Assembly: GCA_965216615.1 (NCBI GenBank) | Contig: CBDCGH010000013.1 | Span: 6,307-70,306 of the forward strand | From: Vicinamibacterales bacterium | GTDB lineage: Bacteria > Acidobacteriota > Vicinamibacteria > Vicinamibacterales > UBA8438 | DNA: 64,000 nucleotides | Reading direction: 5' to 3' | Part shown: positions 9,752 through 19,534 of the stretch, in pieces | How the letters are laid out: every line of letters begins with the position of its first letter | Numbering within the stretch: position 1 is the stretch's first letter | Made by a program: the position numbers and the translations under genes | The notes under the pieces: generated by a model | Told to the model about the DNA's origin: nothing | Seen by the model: only the letters and a program-made list of their open reading frames with translations | Databases searched by the model: none

Positions 9752-11296
9752 GTGGACGCACCAAGCGGTGCCCAGCCGCTGATCCGACCGGACGACGAGT
9801 TCAATCGGCAGCTCGTTGCCAACGTGCATCCCCCGGCGTGGACGAACCCGCGCCCTGCCGACCGTTACAACCTCGTGGTCGTCGGTGCGGGGACGGCTGG
9901 ACTCGTCACCGCCGTCATTGCCGCCGGGCTCGGTGCGCGGGTCGCGTTGGTCGAGCGACATCTGATGGGAGGCGACTGCCTCAACGTCGGGTGCGTGCCT
10001 TCGAAGGGCCTGATCCGGGCATCGCGAGCGTGGGCTGCACTTCGCGGAGGCCAGGAATTCGGCCTGCGCGTTCCTCCCGGTCTCGAGCACGATTTCGCAG
10101 CGGCGATGAGCCGCATGCGACGTCTGCGGGCCCAGCTGAGCGAGATCGACTCGGCCCAGCGGTTCACCGACCTCGGCGTCGACGTCTTCATTGGTGCCGG
10201 ACAGTTCACTGGCGCCGACACGATCGTGGTCGATGGGCAGACGCTTCGCTACAGTCGGGCCGCCATCTGCACCGGCGCAAGAGCAGCCGCACCACCCGTG
10301 CCAGGGCTCGACGCGGCCGGCTACCTGACCAACGAAACGATCTTCGAGCTGACTGAGCGTCCGCCCCGATTGGCCGTCATCGGCGCCGGTCCGATCGGCA
10401 GCGAGATGGCCCAGTCGTTTGCGAGATTTGGGAGTCAGGTCACGGTGTTCGAGCGTGCCGACCGCATCCTCCCGCGGGAGGACGCCGACGCGGCGGCCGT
10501 CGTGCAAGCGCAAATGGAGCACGACGGCGTCTCGTTTGCGCTCGGAGCCGACGTGATCGAAGTTCAGCGACGGGAGGCAGAACGCGTCATTCGCTTCACG
10601 ACAGACGGGCCTGAACGAACCGTGGCTGTCGACCAGATTCTGGTCGGCGTGGGCCGGGCCCCCAACGTCGAGGGGTTGGGATTGGAAGCCGCCGGCGTCC
10701 GATATGACAAGAAGGGGGTTGAGGTCACTGCGTCACTGCAGACGTCCAACCCCAGAATCTATGCAGCCGGCGATATCTGCTCGGCGTACAAGTTCACGCA
10801 TACCGCCGATGCGGCGGCTCAAATCGTCATCCAGAACGCGTTGTTTCCTCATCCGTTCGGGCTCGGACGGGCTCGCACTGACGCCCTGATTATTCCGTGG
10901 TGCACGTTCACCGAGCCCGAGATTGCCCATGTGGGCCTTTACGAGGCTCAGGCCCGTGACCGGGGCATCGACGTTGACACCTTTACGCAGCCGTTCGATG
11001 AGGTCGACCGCGCCGTGCTAGACGGCGAAGATCGCGGATTCGTTCGCGTGCACGTGAAGAAAGGCACCGATACGATCCTTGGTGCCACGATCGTGGCGGG
11101 GCATGCGGGTGACATGATTAGCGAGCTGACGCTCGCCATGAAAGCCGGGACCGGTCTTGGCTCGATTGGAGCGACCATTCATCCGTATCCCACCCAGGCG
11201 GATGCGCTCCGCAAGGTCGCGAACGCAATGCGGCGATCCCGGTTCTCCGAGCGACAGCGGTCGATACTGAGCCGTTGGTTCGGCTGGACGCGATAG
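9752..11296 (+). CDS. Pyridine nucleotide-disulfide oxidoreductase (mercuric reductase/LpdA-like)
   Basis: GAGTAG, GGDCLNVGCVPSK, GAGPIG, HPYPT. No C-terminal Cys-Cys pair. Confidence 0.88.
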   Translation: MDAPSGAQPLIRPDDEFNRQLVANVHPPAWTNPRPADRYNLVVVGAGTAGLVTAVIAAGLGARVALVERHLMGGDCLNVGCVPSKGLIRASRAWAALRGGQEFGLRVPPGLEHDFAAAMSRMRRLRAQLSEIDSAQRFTDLGVDVFIGAGQFTGADTIVVDGQTLRYSRAAICTGARAAAPPVPGLDAAGYLTNETIFELTERPPRLAVIGAGPIGSEMAQSFARFGSQVTVFERADRILPREDADAAAVVQAQMEHDGVSFALGADVIEVQRREAERVIRFTTDGPERTVAVDQILVGVGRAPNVEGLGLEAAGVRYDKKGVEVTASLQTSNPRIYAAGDICSAYKFTHTADAAAQIVIQNALFPHPFGLGRARTDALIIPWCTFTEPEIAHVGLYEAQARDRGIDVDTFTQPFDEVDRAVLDGEDRGFVRVHVKKGTDTILGATIVAGHAGDMISELTLAMKAGTGLGSIGATIHPYPTQADALRKVANAMRRSRFSERQRSILSRWFGWTR

Positions 11297-11327
11297 CGTC
11301 TCGTCCACATCCTGGACGCTGGAGAAG

Positions 11328-11840
11328 TCAGCCACCCGCGGCTGGATGGAGCCCGCGCATCTCGCGCACAATGCTGACGAAACGCTCGGGCTGGTCTGGA
11401 GACACGACGACGACGCGGTCAGCAAACGTCAGGACGACCGCGCGCTTGGGATCCATCACGAACGCCCGATATCTCCCGAGGGTACGGTTACGAAAGAAGC
11501 CACTGATTGAGAAGAAGCCGCCGTTGCCCCAGAGGCGAAGCGACCAGCGCATCGCATTTGGATTGTGTTCGATAGCCCGGAGCCCGGAGAGATCGAGCGG
11601 TGTCGCCCACCAAAGGCGTCGAATCAGCAACCTCGAACCTGCAAGCTCGTACCCACGAACCATGAACGCCGCGCACCCAACGACAAGCGCGATCGGAAAT
11701 GCCGTCATCAACATGCCGAGCCCCCCTTGGACGGGGGACAGCTCAGCAAGCATGTAGAGCACGAACGTCAGAATCGTCAGCGAGAGGGCGGTCAGAAGCT
11801 TGACGCTCGTCCCCCACGGCGCCCCGAACCGGTCAGACAC
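11328..11840 (-). CDS. Membrane protein with bacterial PH-like domain
   Basis: Two TM helices, then 'LRLWGNGGFFSISGFFRNRTLG...VVVSPDQPERF'. Confidence 0.7.
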   Translation of the reverse strand: MSDRFGAPWGTSVKLLTALSLTILTFVLYMLAELSPVQGGLGMLMTAFPIALVVGCAAFMVRGYELAGSRLLIRRLWWATPLDLSGLRAIEHNPNAMRWSLRLWGNGGFFSISGFFRNRTLGRYRAFVMDPKRAVVLTFADRVVVVSPDQPERFVSIVREMRGLHPAAGG

Positions 11841-11943
11841 GGACTAACACCTCCTGGAGCGGACCCACCACGGACCATTATGTACCCAGTAGAATCGTGG
11901 CGTGGTCGCGCTCGTCCAGACGGCCGAATCCTGGAGCTCGAAG

Positions 11944-12168
11944 ATGCAGATTGCCATCACCTATTGCGGTCGTTGAAAGTACCTGCCACGGGCCTCCAGT
12001 CTGGCGGCCGATATCAAGCGCGCGCTCGGCGTCGAAGCCGAGCTCATCGAGGGCAGCAACGGAATCTTCGACGTCGTGGTCGACGGCGCCGTAATCTTTT
12101 CCAAGTATGACGTGCACCGGTTTCCAGAGCCCGACGAAATCGTCGACGCGCTTCGAAAACGCGACTAG
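11944..12168 (+). CDS. SelW/SelT/SelH (Rdx family) selenoprotein, CxxU
   Basis: Translated by hand: MQIAITYCGR-U(tga 11974-11976)-KYLPRASSLAADIKRALGVEAELIEGSNGIFDVVVDGAVIFSKYDVHRFPEPDEIVDALRKRD*. GGAG RBS upstream. Confidence 0.88.
11991..12009 (+). promoter_or_regulatory. Putative bacterial SECIS hairpin of the SelW-like gene
   Basis: ggcc-t-cc-agtct-gg-c-ggcc stem-loop beginning 14 nt after the UGA. Confidence 0.6.
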
Positions 12169-13910
12169 TATCCGGCCGCCTGGCCATCTTTGCGCGGGTC
12201 GCTTCCGCCGTGCAGCATCCCAGTCGTCGGGTCGATCATGATGGCTTGATAGCCGCCCATGCTCGCACCTCCGGCCCGCTGAACGCGGTGGCCCAGCCGC
12301 AGGAGTTGGTCGATGACGCGATCCGGAATCCCCGGCTCGACGAGAACGCCGTTGCCGTGTCGAACCCGCGCCGCATCACCGGCCTCCTGGACATTCATGC
12401 CGAAGTCGATGATGTTCGACAATACCTGCACGTGTCCCTGGGGTTGCATGTCCCCGCCCATGACGCCGAACGGCATGAGCGGCGAGCCGTCCTTGGTCAC
12501 GAACCCGGGCATGTTGGTGTGCAGCGACCGCTTGTGGGGTTCGAGACTGTTCCGGTGGCCCGCCTCGAGTGAGAAGCCCAGCCCTCGGTTCTGCAGCGCG
12601 AATCCAAGGTCGCCCGGAACCACGTTCGATCCGAAGTTCGCGAAGATGCTTTCAATGAGCGAGACGGCGTTGCGGTCCTTGTCCACGACTGTCAGGTACA
12701 CCGTCTCACTGTGCGCGGACGGGTTCCCGGCGGAGACGGACGGGAGCGCCTCGGTCGGGTCGATGCGCGCCCGCCGGGCTGCTGCGTAGGCTTTCGAGAT
12801 CAGCTCGTCGACTGGCAGCGTGTTGGCATCGGCGTCTGCAACGAACGTGTCCCGATCAGCAAACGCCAGCTTCTTGGCTTCAACGATGACGTGCAGTGTC
12901 TCGGCGGTGTTATGCCCCATGGACGCGATGTCGAAGCCCTCAAGAATGTTCAGCATCATGAGGGCGATGATCCCAGAGCTGTTCGGCGGGATCTCCCAGA
13001 CGTCGTATCCGCGATAGTTCGTCGACACCGGCTCAACCCACGTCGACGTATGGTCCTCGAAGTCTTGGGTCGTGAAGAAGCCGCCGTTCGACTCGCTGAA
13101 CGAGACGATCTGACGGGAAATCGGCCCACGGTAGAATGCGTCGCGCCCGCCGTTGGCGATCGCCTCATACGTGTTCGCCAGGCCGGGATTCCTGAAGATC
13201 TCGCCGACTTCTGGCGGGCGTCCGTTCGGGAGGTAGGTTCGAGCCGAGTCGGGCCACTGCGCGAGGGACATCTGGGATGCTGACCATTGGCGCTGAATGA
13301 CTTCGGTCACGGGGAATCCGTTGCGGGCGTACGCAGTGGCGGGCGCCAGCACATCGGCAAAGCTCATCGTGCCAAACCGCTTCAGCAGCTGGTCCCAGCC
13401 ATCGACTGCGCCAGGGACTGTCCACGGCAGCGGACCATTTGCTGGCACCCGTTCAAGCCCCTGACGCTCGAATACCTGGCGGTTGAGCGCGTAGGGCGCT
13501 CGCCCCGTTGCGTTGAGGCCGTAAAGCTTCTCCGACTCGGCGTCCCACACGATCGCGAACAGGTCGCCGCCCACGCCGTTCATGTTTGGCTCCACCAAGC
13601 CGAGCATAGCGTTCACCGCGACAGCCGCGTCGATGGCGTTTCCGCCAGCCTTGAGGATGTCGAGCCCGACCTGCGCCGCAAGCGGCTGACTGGCCGCCAC
13701 CATACCCGTCGGCGCGATGACCTCAGAACGGCTGGAGTGCGGACTTCGAGCGGGGCGGCTGTACCCGTGACTCAGCGGGCTGCCGGGCTGTTGCGCAACC
13801 AGGGGGCCGCCTGGACCACTCGTGCTCAGAAACGCAGCCAACACGAGCAATATCTGTCTACCGCGGGACCATGTTGTACTGGGGTTTGTCATGGGGGTTG
13901 TCATTGGCAC
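12165..13910 (-). CDS. ggt: Gamma-glutamyltransferase (signal peptide)
   Basis: GGNAIDAAVA, VPGAVDGW, catalytic 'SETVYLTVVD', GVMGGDMQPQG, SDPRKDGQA. Confidence 0.93.
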   Translation of the reverse strand: MPMTTPMTNPSTTWSRGRQILLVLAAFLSTSGPGGPLVAQQPGSPLSHGYSRPARSPHSSRSEVIAPTGMVAASQPLAAQVGLDILKAGGNAIDAAVAVNAMLGLVEPNMNGVGGDLFAIVWDAESEKLYGLNATGRAPYALNRQVFERQGLERVPANGPLPWTVPGAVDGWDQLLKRFGTMSFADVLAPATAYARNGFPVTEVIQRQWSASQMSLAQWPDSARTYLPNGRPPEVGEIFRNPGLANTYEAIANGGRDAFYRGPISRQIVSFSESNGGFFTTQDFEDHTSTWVEPVSTNYRGYDVWEIPPNSSGIIALMMLNILEGFDIASMGHNTAETLHVIVEAKKLAFADRDTFVADADANTLPVDELISKAYAAARRARIDPTEALPSVSAGNPSAHSETVYLTVVDKDRNAVSLIESIFANFGSNVVPGDLGFALQNRGLGFSLEAGHRNSLEPHKRSLHTNMPGFVTKDGSPLMPFGVMGGDMQPQGHVQVLSNIIDFGMNVQEAGDAARVRHGNGVLVEPGIPDRVIDQLLRLGHRVQRAGGASMGGYQAIMIDPTTGMLHGGSDPRKDGQAAGY

Positions 13911-13951
13911 CTCAGTTTCGCCTCACGCAGTAGTCGTTGTCTTCAGTGTCT

Positions 13952-15679
13952 TCATTGTCCCGATTGTGCCGCCGGGGCTACCGGACGGGTTGTCGGGAGT
14001 CGTTCGTCGTACCCACGCTGAACGCCGACCGTCTCCCATCCATCGTCCGTGCGACGGAAGTGCACCAGGGCCGAGCGCAGCCACTGAGGATGCTCTCGGT
14101 GGACACCGCGGATGACCACGGCCACATAGTCGGACGCATCAAGGAGATCGCTCGGAGCGTCGGCAGCGGGGCGCTCGACCCACTCTTCAGCCCCGTATGG
14201 CTCACGCTCGTGCGTAACATTGTCGAGCCGGTACCAGCTCAACACGTAGGACTGCGGGCTGGTCGCGGCCCCGGCGCGAACCGCGGCGTTGCCAAACGTC
14301 AGCCGCCCACCCGCACTCAACTGAAAAGACTCGACCGGATTCAGCTGATTCAGCCAGTGGCGCGCAACCTTGTCCCGGCGAATCTTCAGCGTTTCCACGA
14401 TGTACTCGGCCGCGGTCGAGTCGGAGTACTGAGCGCGGGATACCACGGCACTGATGGCATCGTCAGACAAGCGTGACACGATGCGGGCGGCCCAAAACCC
14501 GTCGTCGGTTCGAAGGTTGCGGAACGCCGGGTTTGGATACTCCGGTCTCCAGCTCTCAGGGTCGAACGAGTCAGACTCGAATCGTCCGACGCTCACCGGA
14601 ACATCTGGATACCGAACGCGGAGCCACGGGCGCACGTACAGGCCTAGCGACGCAAGCGTCTTGAACCCCTTGCCCCAATCAAGGATGTATTCGTTCCCCG
14701 CACGCGCCTCGCTCGCGAGCCCTGGGCCGCCGCCCATGATCGAGCCAAAGTCGAACATGTAGTGTTTGACGTGCTGTCCCTGCGGGCGTTGTACCAGCAC
14801 GTCGAGCGAGTTGATGCCGCGTGAGTCGACATGGTTGAGCCACGCCGCAAACACGCGATTACCCCTCAGCTCGCGGCGATGTTCGTGGGAGAACAGGTCG
14901 TTGGGATCGTCGCTGCGCGTGCCGTAGTAGCGGAAGGGACCCAAGCTGAGACCCCCGACGAAACGACTGGCCACCGCACGGTACTTTCCGTTGGGCCTAC
15001 GCGCCGCCCGGTCGAAGACCTCGTCGACATCAAGTCGAGTGAACGGCCGACGCTGGCCCTCGACCTCGATGGTCGCGTTTGGCACCACAAAGACCTGGTC
15101 GGGATCGACCTCCACCAGATAGGCCTCGGGCACGTTGAACCCGATCGCGTAGTAGAAGAGTGACCCGATGATCTCGGCACCCGACGTCCGCTCCGGAAAC
15201 TCACGGGGATCGAACTCGATCTGGTACACGGCACCGTCTGGTGCGACGACCCGCCACCCAGGGGTGCGGCCCCGTCCCTTACCCTCGACGATTGGCCAAC
15301 CGTCGACGTCGAGCTGCTCGAATCGGTTGGGTCCCCGCATGAGCTCGTCCAGCGTCAGGTCCTGGTGTCCGATGCGGTTCGAAAACCAGGTCGACGCCGG
15401 AACTTCGTCCACCGTATTCGTGTTGAGCGCGCGAATCGGCTCGTCGTCGCCGGGCGTCAGAAACGTGTTCTCGATGAAGTCGTAGTATTCGCTTGGGGGT
15501 ATCGAAGTCACGTCGCGCACGTCCACGACGGTATCGTGATCCTCCCAGATCGGATCATCCGGGAAGAACATGGGACCTTGGGCGATGGGATGGGCGCCGA
15601 ACAGCGCGGCGCTACATGCCACCGCGAGCGACAGCAGGATCAGTCCCGTCGATGCCCGCCCGCGTCGGTCAGAAGACAT
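13952..15679 (-). CDS. Exported hypothetical protein with atypical kinase motifs, copy B
   Basis: Colinear paralog of 580..2301 (FPDDP, NTVDEVP..WFSNR, GPFRYYGTRSDDPND, WLNHVDSRGIN, FDFGS, YPNPAF). The beta3 Lys position reads QIEFD. Confidence 0.7.
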   Translation of the reverse strand: MSSDRRGRASTGLILLSLAVACSAALFGAHPIAQGPMFFPDDPIWEDHDTVVDVRDVTSIPPSEYYDFIENTFLTPGDDEPIRALNTNTVDEVPASTWFSNRIGHQDLTLDELMRGPNRFEQLDVDGWPIVEGKGRGRTPGWRVVAPDGAVYQIEFDPREFPERTSGAEIIGSLFYYAIGFNVPEAYLVEVDPDQVFVVPNATIEVEGQRRPFTRLDVDEVFDRAARRPNGKYRAVASRFVGGLSLGPFRYYGTRSDDPNDLFSHEHRRELRGNRVFAAWLNHVDSRGINSLDVLVQRPQGQHVKHYMFDFGSIMGGGPGLASEARAGNEYILDWGKGFKTLASLGLYVRPWLRVRYPDVPVSVGRFESDSFDPESWRPEYPNPAFRNLRTDDGFWAARIVSRLSDDAISAVVSRAQYSDSTAAEYIVETLKIRRDKVARHWLNQLNPVESFQLSAGGRLTFGNAAVRAGAATSPQSYVLSWYRLDNVTHEREPYGAEEWVERPAADAPSDLLDASDYVAVVIRGVHREHPQWLRSALVHFRRTDDGWETVGVQRGYDERLPTTRPVAPAAQSGQ

Positions 15680-17018
15680 TGCTGAATTTCAGTATCAGTT
15701 GGCTGCCGTCGCGACTGCCCAGCGCCCAGTCAAGTCGGAAATAGACGCCGTTGTCCGTACCAATTCTGAACCCCGTGCCCCAATTCGCTTCAAAATCCTT
15801 GAAGTTGATCTCGCGCCTGTTCGACGCGACCTTGCCGGCATCGTAGAACAAGACCGCGTCCAAGGCCGGAAAGAGCTCCCAGCGATACTCCGTCTGCAGC
15901 AGCACCAGGTGGCGGTCTCGAAGCCGAAAGTCGCGGAACCCCCGCAGGGAGTGAGATCCTCCCAACCACTGCTGAAGATAGAACGGGACGGTGTGGCCTC
16001 GCCGTGGATCTGAAAACGACGCCAGCCCCCTGAACGCCAGCACCCGCCGGCCGCGCAGAAACGACACGTACTGTCGTACGTCGACCTCCCAGCGTTCAAA
16101 GGAGAAGCGGTCGAGCTCGGAGTCTGCAAAGTAGCTGTACGCAACCCGATACCGTCCCCCTGTTCGCGGATTGTCGACCGGCGCCCCGAAGTCGAGCTCG
16201 GCAAACACGTAGGGCCGAATGAAGACAGGCTGCTCGGACAATCCCGGCGCTTCGAAATCGGTAAACACCTCTTCGAGCGAGGGATAGGCCGAGTCCTTGC
16301 CGCTCCCGATGCTCGGGTTGATATACGACACTCCCCCGCCCAGCGACAACCAGCGTGAGAGCCGGACGCCTCCGGTCGACTCGACTGAGGTTTGTAGATG
16401 GCGAAAGTTGACCCGGTCCTGAAGCCGTGAATTCGGACCGGGACCAAAGTAGTCTTCTTCCGGGTAATCCGACCGGCGCGCCAGCACGCTGGCGAACGCT
16501 CGACCGCCGGCCAGCCGGGGAAATGCCGCCTCGACCTCGCCCATCCAGTAACGCCGCATGGACACCGCGCCTCGAACCGACAGTTCAACTTGGCGCCCCA
16601 GGCGCGCACTCGTGTTGTACCCGGTGCCGAGGGTGAGACCCGCGCCCGTGGTGATATTCCCAAGCGTGAAGTAGTACCCCCCCGAGGACGGCGATGGCTC
16701 CTCGAAGAGGTTCTCGATCGTTTGCTCGTTCTCGAGGTTGATGAGGAGACGCTCGAGGCGTCCAGCCCGATACGGCTCCACCGTGTCCAGACGGGCTTCG
16801 CGCTGGCGCCTGAGCTGTTCTTGCCGCGTCGCGGGATCGGCGGGGTCGGGGTCACGCTCGGTTTGACCGAATACGACCGCAGAGGAGAGGACGGCGGCGA
16901 CGCTAAGCGACGCGATTGCGGCGACGACACACGGACGGAAACTGGACGGAGTCACGTTCCACGCTTCAATACTCGAGCCGGTTTCAGTGTGGTGAGTGCC
17001 CGACCGGCAGTCTATCAC
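15669..17018 (-). CDS. Omp85/BamA-TamA-family barrel without POTRA domains, copy B (start may be about 16955)
   Basis: Signal peptide, LGGSHSLRGFRDFR, QTEYRW, FYDAGKV, C-terminal Phe. Confidence 0.82.
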   Translation of the reverse strand: MIDCRSGTHHTETGSSIEAWNVTPSSFRPCVVAAIASLSVAAVLSSAVVFGQTERDPDPADPATRQEQLRRQREARLDTVEPYRAGRLERLLINLENEQTIENLFEEPSPSSGGYYFTLGNITTGAGLTLGTGYNTSARLGRQVELSVRGAVSMRRYWMGEVEAAFPRLAGGRAFASVLARRSDYPEEDYFGPGPNSRLQDRVNFRHLQTSVESTGGVRLSRWLSLGGGVSYINPSIGSGKDSAYPSLEEVFTDFEAPGLSEQPVFIRPYVFAELDFGAPVDNPRTGGRYRVAYSYFADSELDRFSFERWEVDVRQYVSFLRGRRVLAFRGLASFSDPRRGHTVPFYLQQWLGGSHSLRGFRDFRLRDRHLVLLQTEYRWELFPALDAVLFYDAGKVASNRREINFKDFEANWGTGFRIGTDNGVYFRLDWALGSRDGSQLILKFSNVF

Positions 17019-18460
17019 GAGGGTTCCCGCAGCGAGAGCTCGTGGGATGCCAACACGTAGCTTGCCGCATCGACACGCTGTTTGCGGACGCCGGACGCGA
17101 GTGTTCCGAGCACGATTCCAGCGCGATCGGCAAACTCGTCGCGCGCGGTCACCCTCGCGAGCCGAGCCAGCAACGCCGCCGTGCGGCAGTTCGCGACAAA
17201 TGGCGTGATGGGTTGCCGGAGCAACCCGATGTCGTCGTCCGCCACCACGCGATCGACGAAGACCCGCGATGACTCGCTCCAGAGCCGCCGCATCGCGAAC
17301 AACGTCAGCTCTTGGGCCAGATCGAGATACGCGTCACGCTCAGCAGCCTGATACGCGTCGAGAAGAGCCTCGCCCAGAGCAACCTGGTCGGTCAGTAGAC
17401 CGTGCTCGCTCGCGGGGGTGTCGACGCGATGACACACGCCATTGCCAGGGCTGTACGCCTCGCCGGCGACATGATCGAGGACGCCGATGGCGAACTCCAA
17501 CAGCGACGAATCGCCGAGTCCCTCGCTGGCGCGCATGAAGGCGCTGGCCATTTGAGCGTTGCCGGCGGTGTACACCGCGCGGTCGACCGTTGCATCCTGA
17601 CTCGCAAAGAACGCGTGGCCCGTGGTGTCCGTGAGCATCCGCCGGACATAGACGATCACGTCGGCGGCGCGCTGATAGTACCGGGCCTCGTCGAGGGCCA
17701 TGCCGCCCTCGAGGAAGGCACGGAGCGCCGAGGCATTGACCTCGAGCAGTTTCTCTGGGCTGGGTTCGGTCCAGTCGCGCCGAGCACAACACCGGAACAC
17801 GCCGCCCTCGGCATCATCGAAGATCGGGCTCCAGCCGATGGCATCGAGCGTCCGTGTGATGATCGGGCCCATCGCCGCGTCGCCGGCCCTGTAGCGGGCG
17901 GCGGCTAGCACGAGCGCATCGGCGGGGACGTGCTTCGCGGACCGACCAAACCCGCCGTGCTCGTCGTCGAACGCGTCGAGCAGGTGATTGACGACCCACG
18001 GCTCAACCTCGATTGGCACCGACTCGCCCGGCGGCGCAGATCGAGACGGGGCGGGGCCGGCCGTGGGGGCAGGCGGAGTCATCATGAGCTCGTCACCTCG
18101 CGCCGCGAATGCCTTCGCGACGCGGCGCAGCAGGTCGACCATCGACGACGGATCGGTAAAGCGCTGTCCCCCGAGCAGTCGACCATCCGGCGTCAGAAAG
18201 GCTGTCGTGGGCCACCCACCGAGGCCGTAGCGATCGGCAATATCCGGCCGGTCGTCCGCGTCGACCCAGACCGGCACGAAGTTTGTCTCGATCAGGTCGA
18301 TCACGACGTCGTCGCGATAGGTCGTGCGACGCATCTCGGCACATCCGTGAGACCAGTGCGTGGCAAGCATGAGGAGAACGGGCTTGCGCGCCTGCCGCGC
18401 ACGGAGAAACGCGTCGTGTTCCCACGACAGCCAGTAGGGCGGGCCGGGCGGTGTCGACAT
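17015..18460 (-). CDS. DUF255/YyaL (SSP411-like) thioredoxin-domain protein
   Basis: WSHGCAEM, VDADDRPDI, GGWPTTAFLTPDG, FDDEHGGFG, EKLL. Confidence 0.82.
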   Translation of the reverse strand: MSTPPGPPYWLSWEHDAFLRARQARKPVLLMLATHWSHGCAEMRRTTYRDDVVIDLIETNFVPVWVDADDRPDIADRYGLGGWPTTAFLTPDGRLLGGQRFTDPSSMVDLLRRVAKAFAARGDELMMTPPAPTAGPAPSRSAPPGESVPIEVEPWVVNHLLDAFDDEHGGFGRSAKHVPADALVLAAARYRAGDAAMGPIITRTLDAIGWSPIFDDAEGGVFRCCARRDWTEPSPEKLLEVNASALRAFLEGGMALDEARYYQRAADVIVYVRRMLTDTTGHAFFASQDATVDRAVYTAGNAQMASAFMRASEGLGDSSLLEFAIGVLDHVAGEAYSPGNGVCHRVDTPASEHGLLTDQVALGEALLDAYQAAERDAYLDLAQELTLFAMRRLWSESSRVFVDRVVADDDIGLLRQPITPFVANCRTAALLARLARVTARDEFADRAGIVLGTLASGVRKQRVDAASYVLASHELSLREPS

Positions 18461-18526
18461 CGGTTTTCAGGCGGTGGAAGACCGGGCGATTATAATGATC
18501 CGTTTGGCAGGCCTTGGAGACCCGCG

Positions 18527-19534
18527 ATGCAACACCACGTCACGCTCATTCCCGGAGACGGCATTGGACCCGAGGTCACCGAGGCCGTACTCACCATCCT
18601 CGACCACTCCGGCGTGAAGATCGAGTGGGACCGTCACGAAGCTGGAACGGCCACGCAGAAGCGCACCGGCACGTCACTCCCGGCCAGCGTACTCGACGCG
18701 ATCCGTCAGAGCCAGGTGGCCCTGAAGGGTCCCGTGGCGACGCCGATCGGTGGCGGGTTTTCGAGCGTCAACGTCGAGATTCGTCGCTCGCTCGGGCTCT
18801 ATGCGAACGTCCGACCGGTGTTCAACCTCCCGGGCGTTGCGAGTCGTTTCGAGAATGTCGACCTCGTCGTTATCCGGGAGAACACCGAGGACTTGTATTC
18901 GGGACTCGAGCACGAGGTGGTCCCGGGCGTCGTCGAATCGCTCAAAGTCATCACGCGGGTCGCGTCCGAACGTATCGCCCGCTTTGCCTTTGAGTTCGCC
19001 CGCCGCAAGCAGCGCCACCTCGTGACCGCCGTGCACAAGGCCAACATCATGAAGATGAGTGACGGCCTGTTCCTGGAATCGGCTCGCTCGATCGCCGCGG
19101 AGTTCGAGGACATAACCTATGAGGAGCGCATCGTCGACGCGACGAGCATGCAGCTCGTGCTGAACCCGTCCCAGTTCGACATGCTGCTACTGCCCAACCT
19201 CTACGGTGACATCGTGTCCGATCTGTGTGCCGGACTGGTCGGCGGGCTCGGCCTCGTGCCCTCAGCCAACCTGGCTGACGGCATTGCGGTCTTCGAGGCG
19301 GTCCACGGTACCGCACCGGACATTGCGGGCCAACAAATCGCGAACCCGACTGCGCTCCTGTTGTCAGCCACGCTGATGCTTCGACACCTCAATGAGGACG
19401 CCGCTGCTGATCGAATCAGCACCGCGCTGAACACCGTGCTTAGGGAAGGCGCCGTCCGCACACGGGACCTCGGTGGCACGGCATCGACGATGGGGTTCGC
19501 GAAGGCGATCTGTGGTGAGCTCACTCCTCCGTGA
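18527..19534 (+). CDS. Isocitrate/isopropylmalate dehydrogenase family protein (NAD-IDH-like)
   Basis: LIPGDGIGPE, RENTEDLY, VHKANIMK, NLYGDIVSDL, EAVHGTAPDIAG. A TATAAT lies upstream near 18492-18497. Confidence 0.92.
   Translation: MQHHVTLIPGDGIGPEVTEAVLTILDHSGVKIEWDRHEAGTATQKRTGTSLPASVLDAIRQSQVALKGPVATPIGGGFSSVNVEIRRSLGLYANVRPVFNLPGVASRFENVDLVVIRENTEDLYSGLEHEVVPGVVESLKVITRVASERIARFAFEFARRKQRHLVTAVHKANIMKMSDGLFLESARSIAAEFEDITYEERIVDATSMQLVLNPSQFDMLLLPNLYGDIVSDLCAGLVGGLGLVPSANLADGIAVFEAVHGTAPDIAGQQIANPTALLLSATLMLRHLNEDAAADRISTALNTVLREGAVRTRDLGGTASTMGFAKAICGELTPP

Noticed and set aside
9752-11296. Mercury resistance gene merA
   Set aside because: No C-terminal Cys-Cys, no NmerA domain, and no merR/T/P nearby; treated as a generic flavin disulfide reductase.
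11878-12117. Minus-strand 79-aa ORF as the real gene
   Set aside because: It is the antisense shadow of the SelW-like gene, which has an RBS, family motifs and a SECIS-like hairpin.
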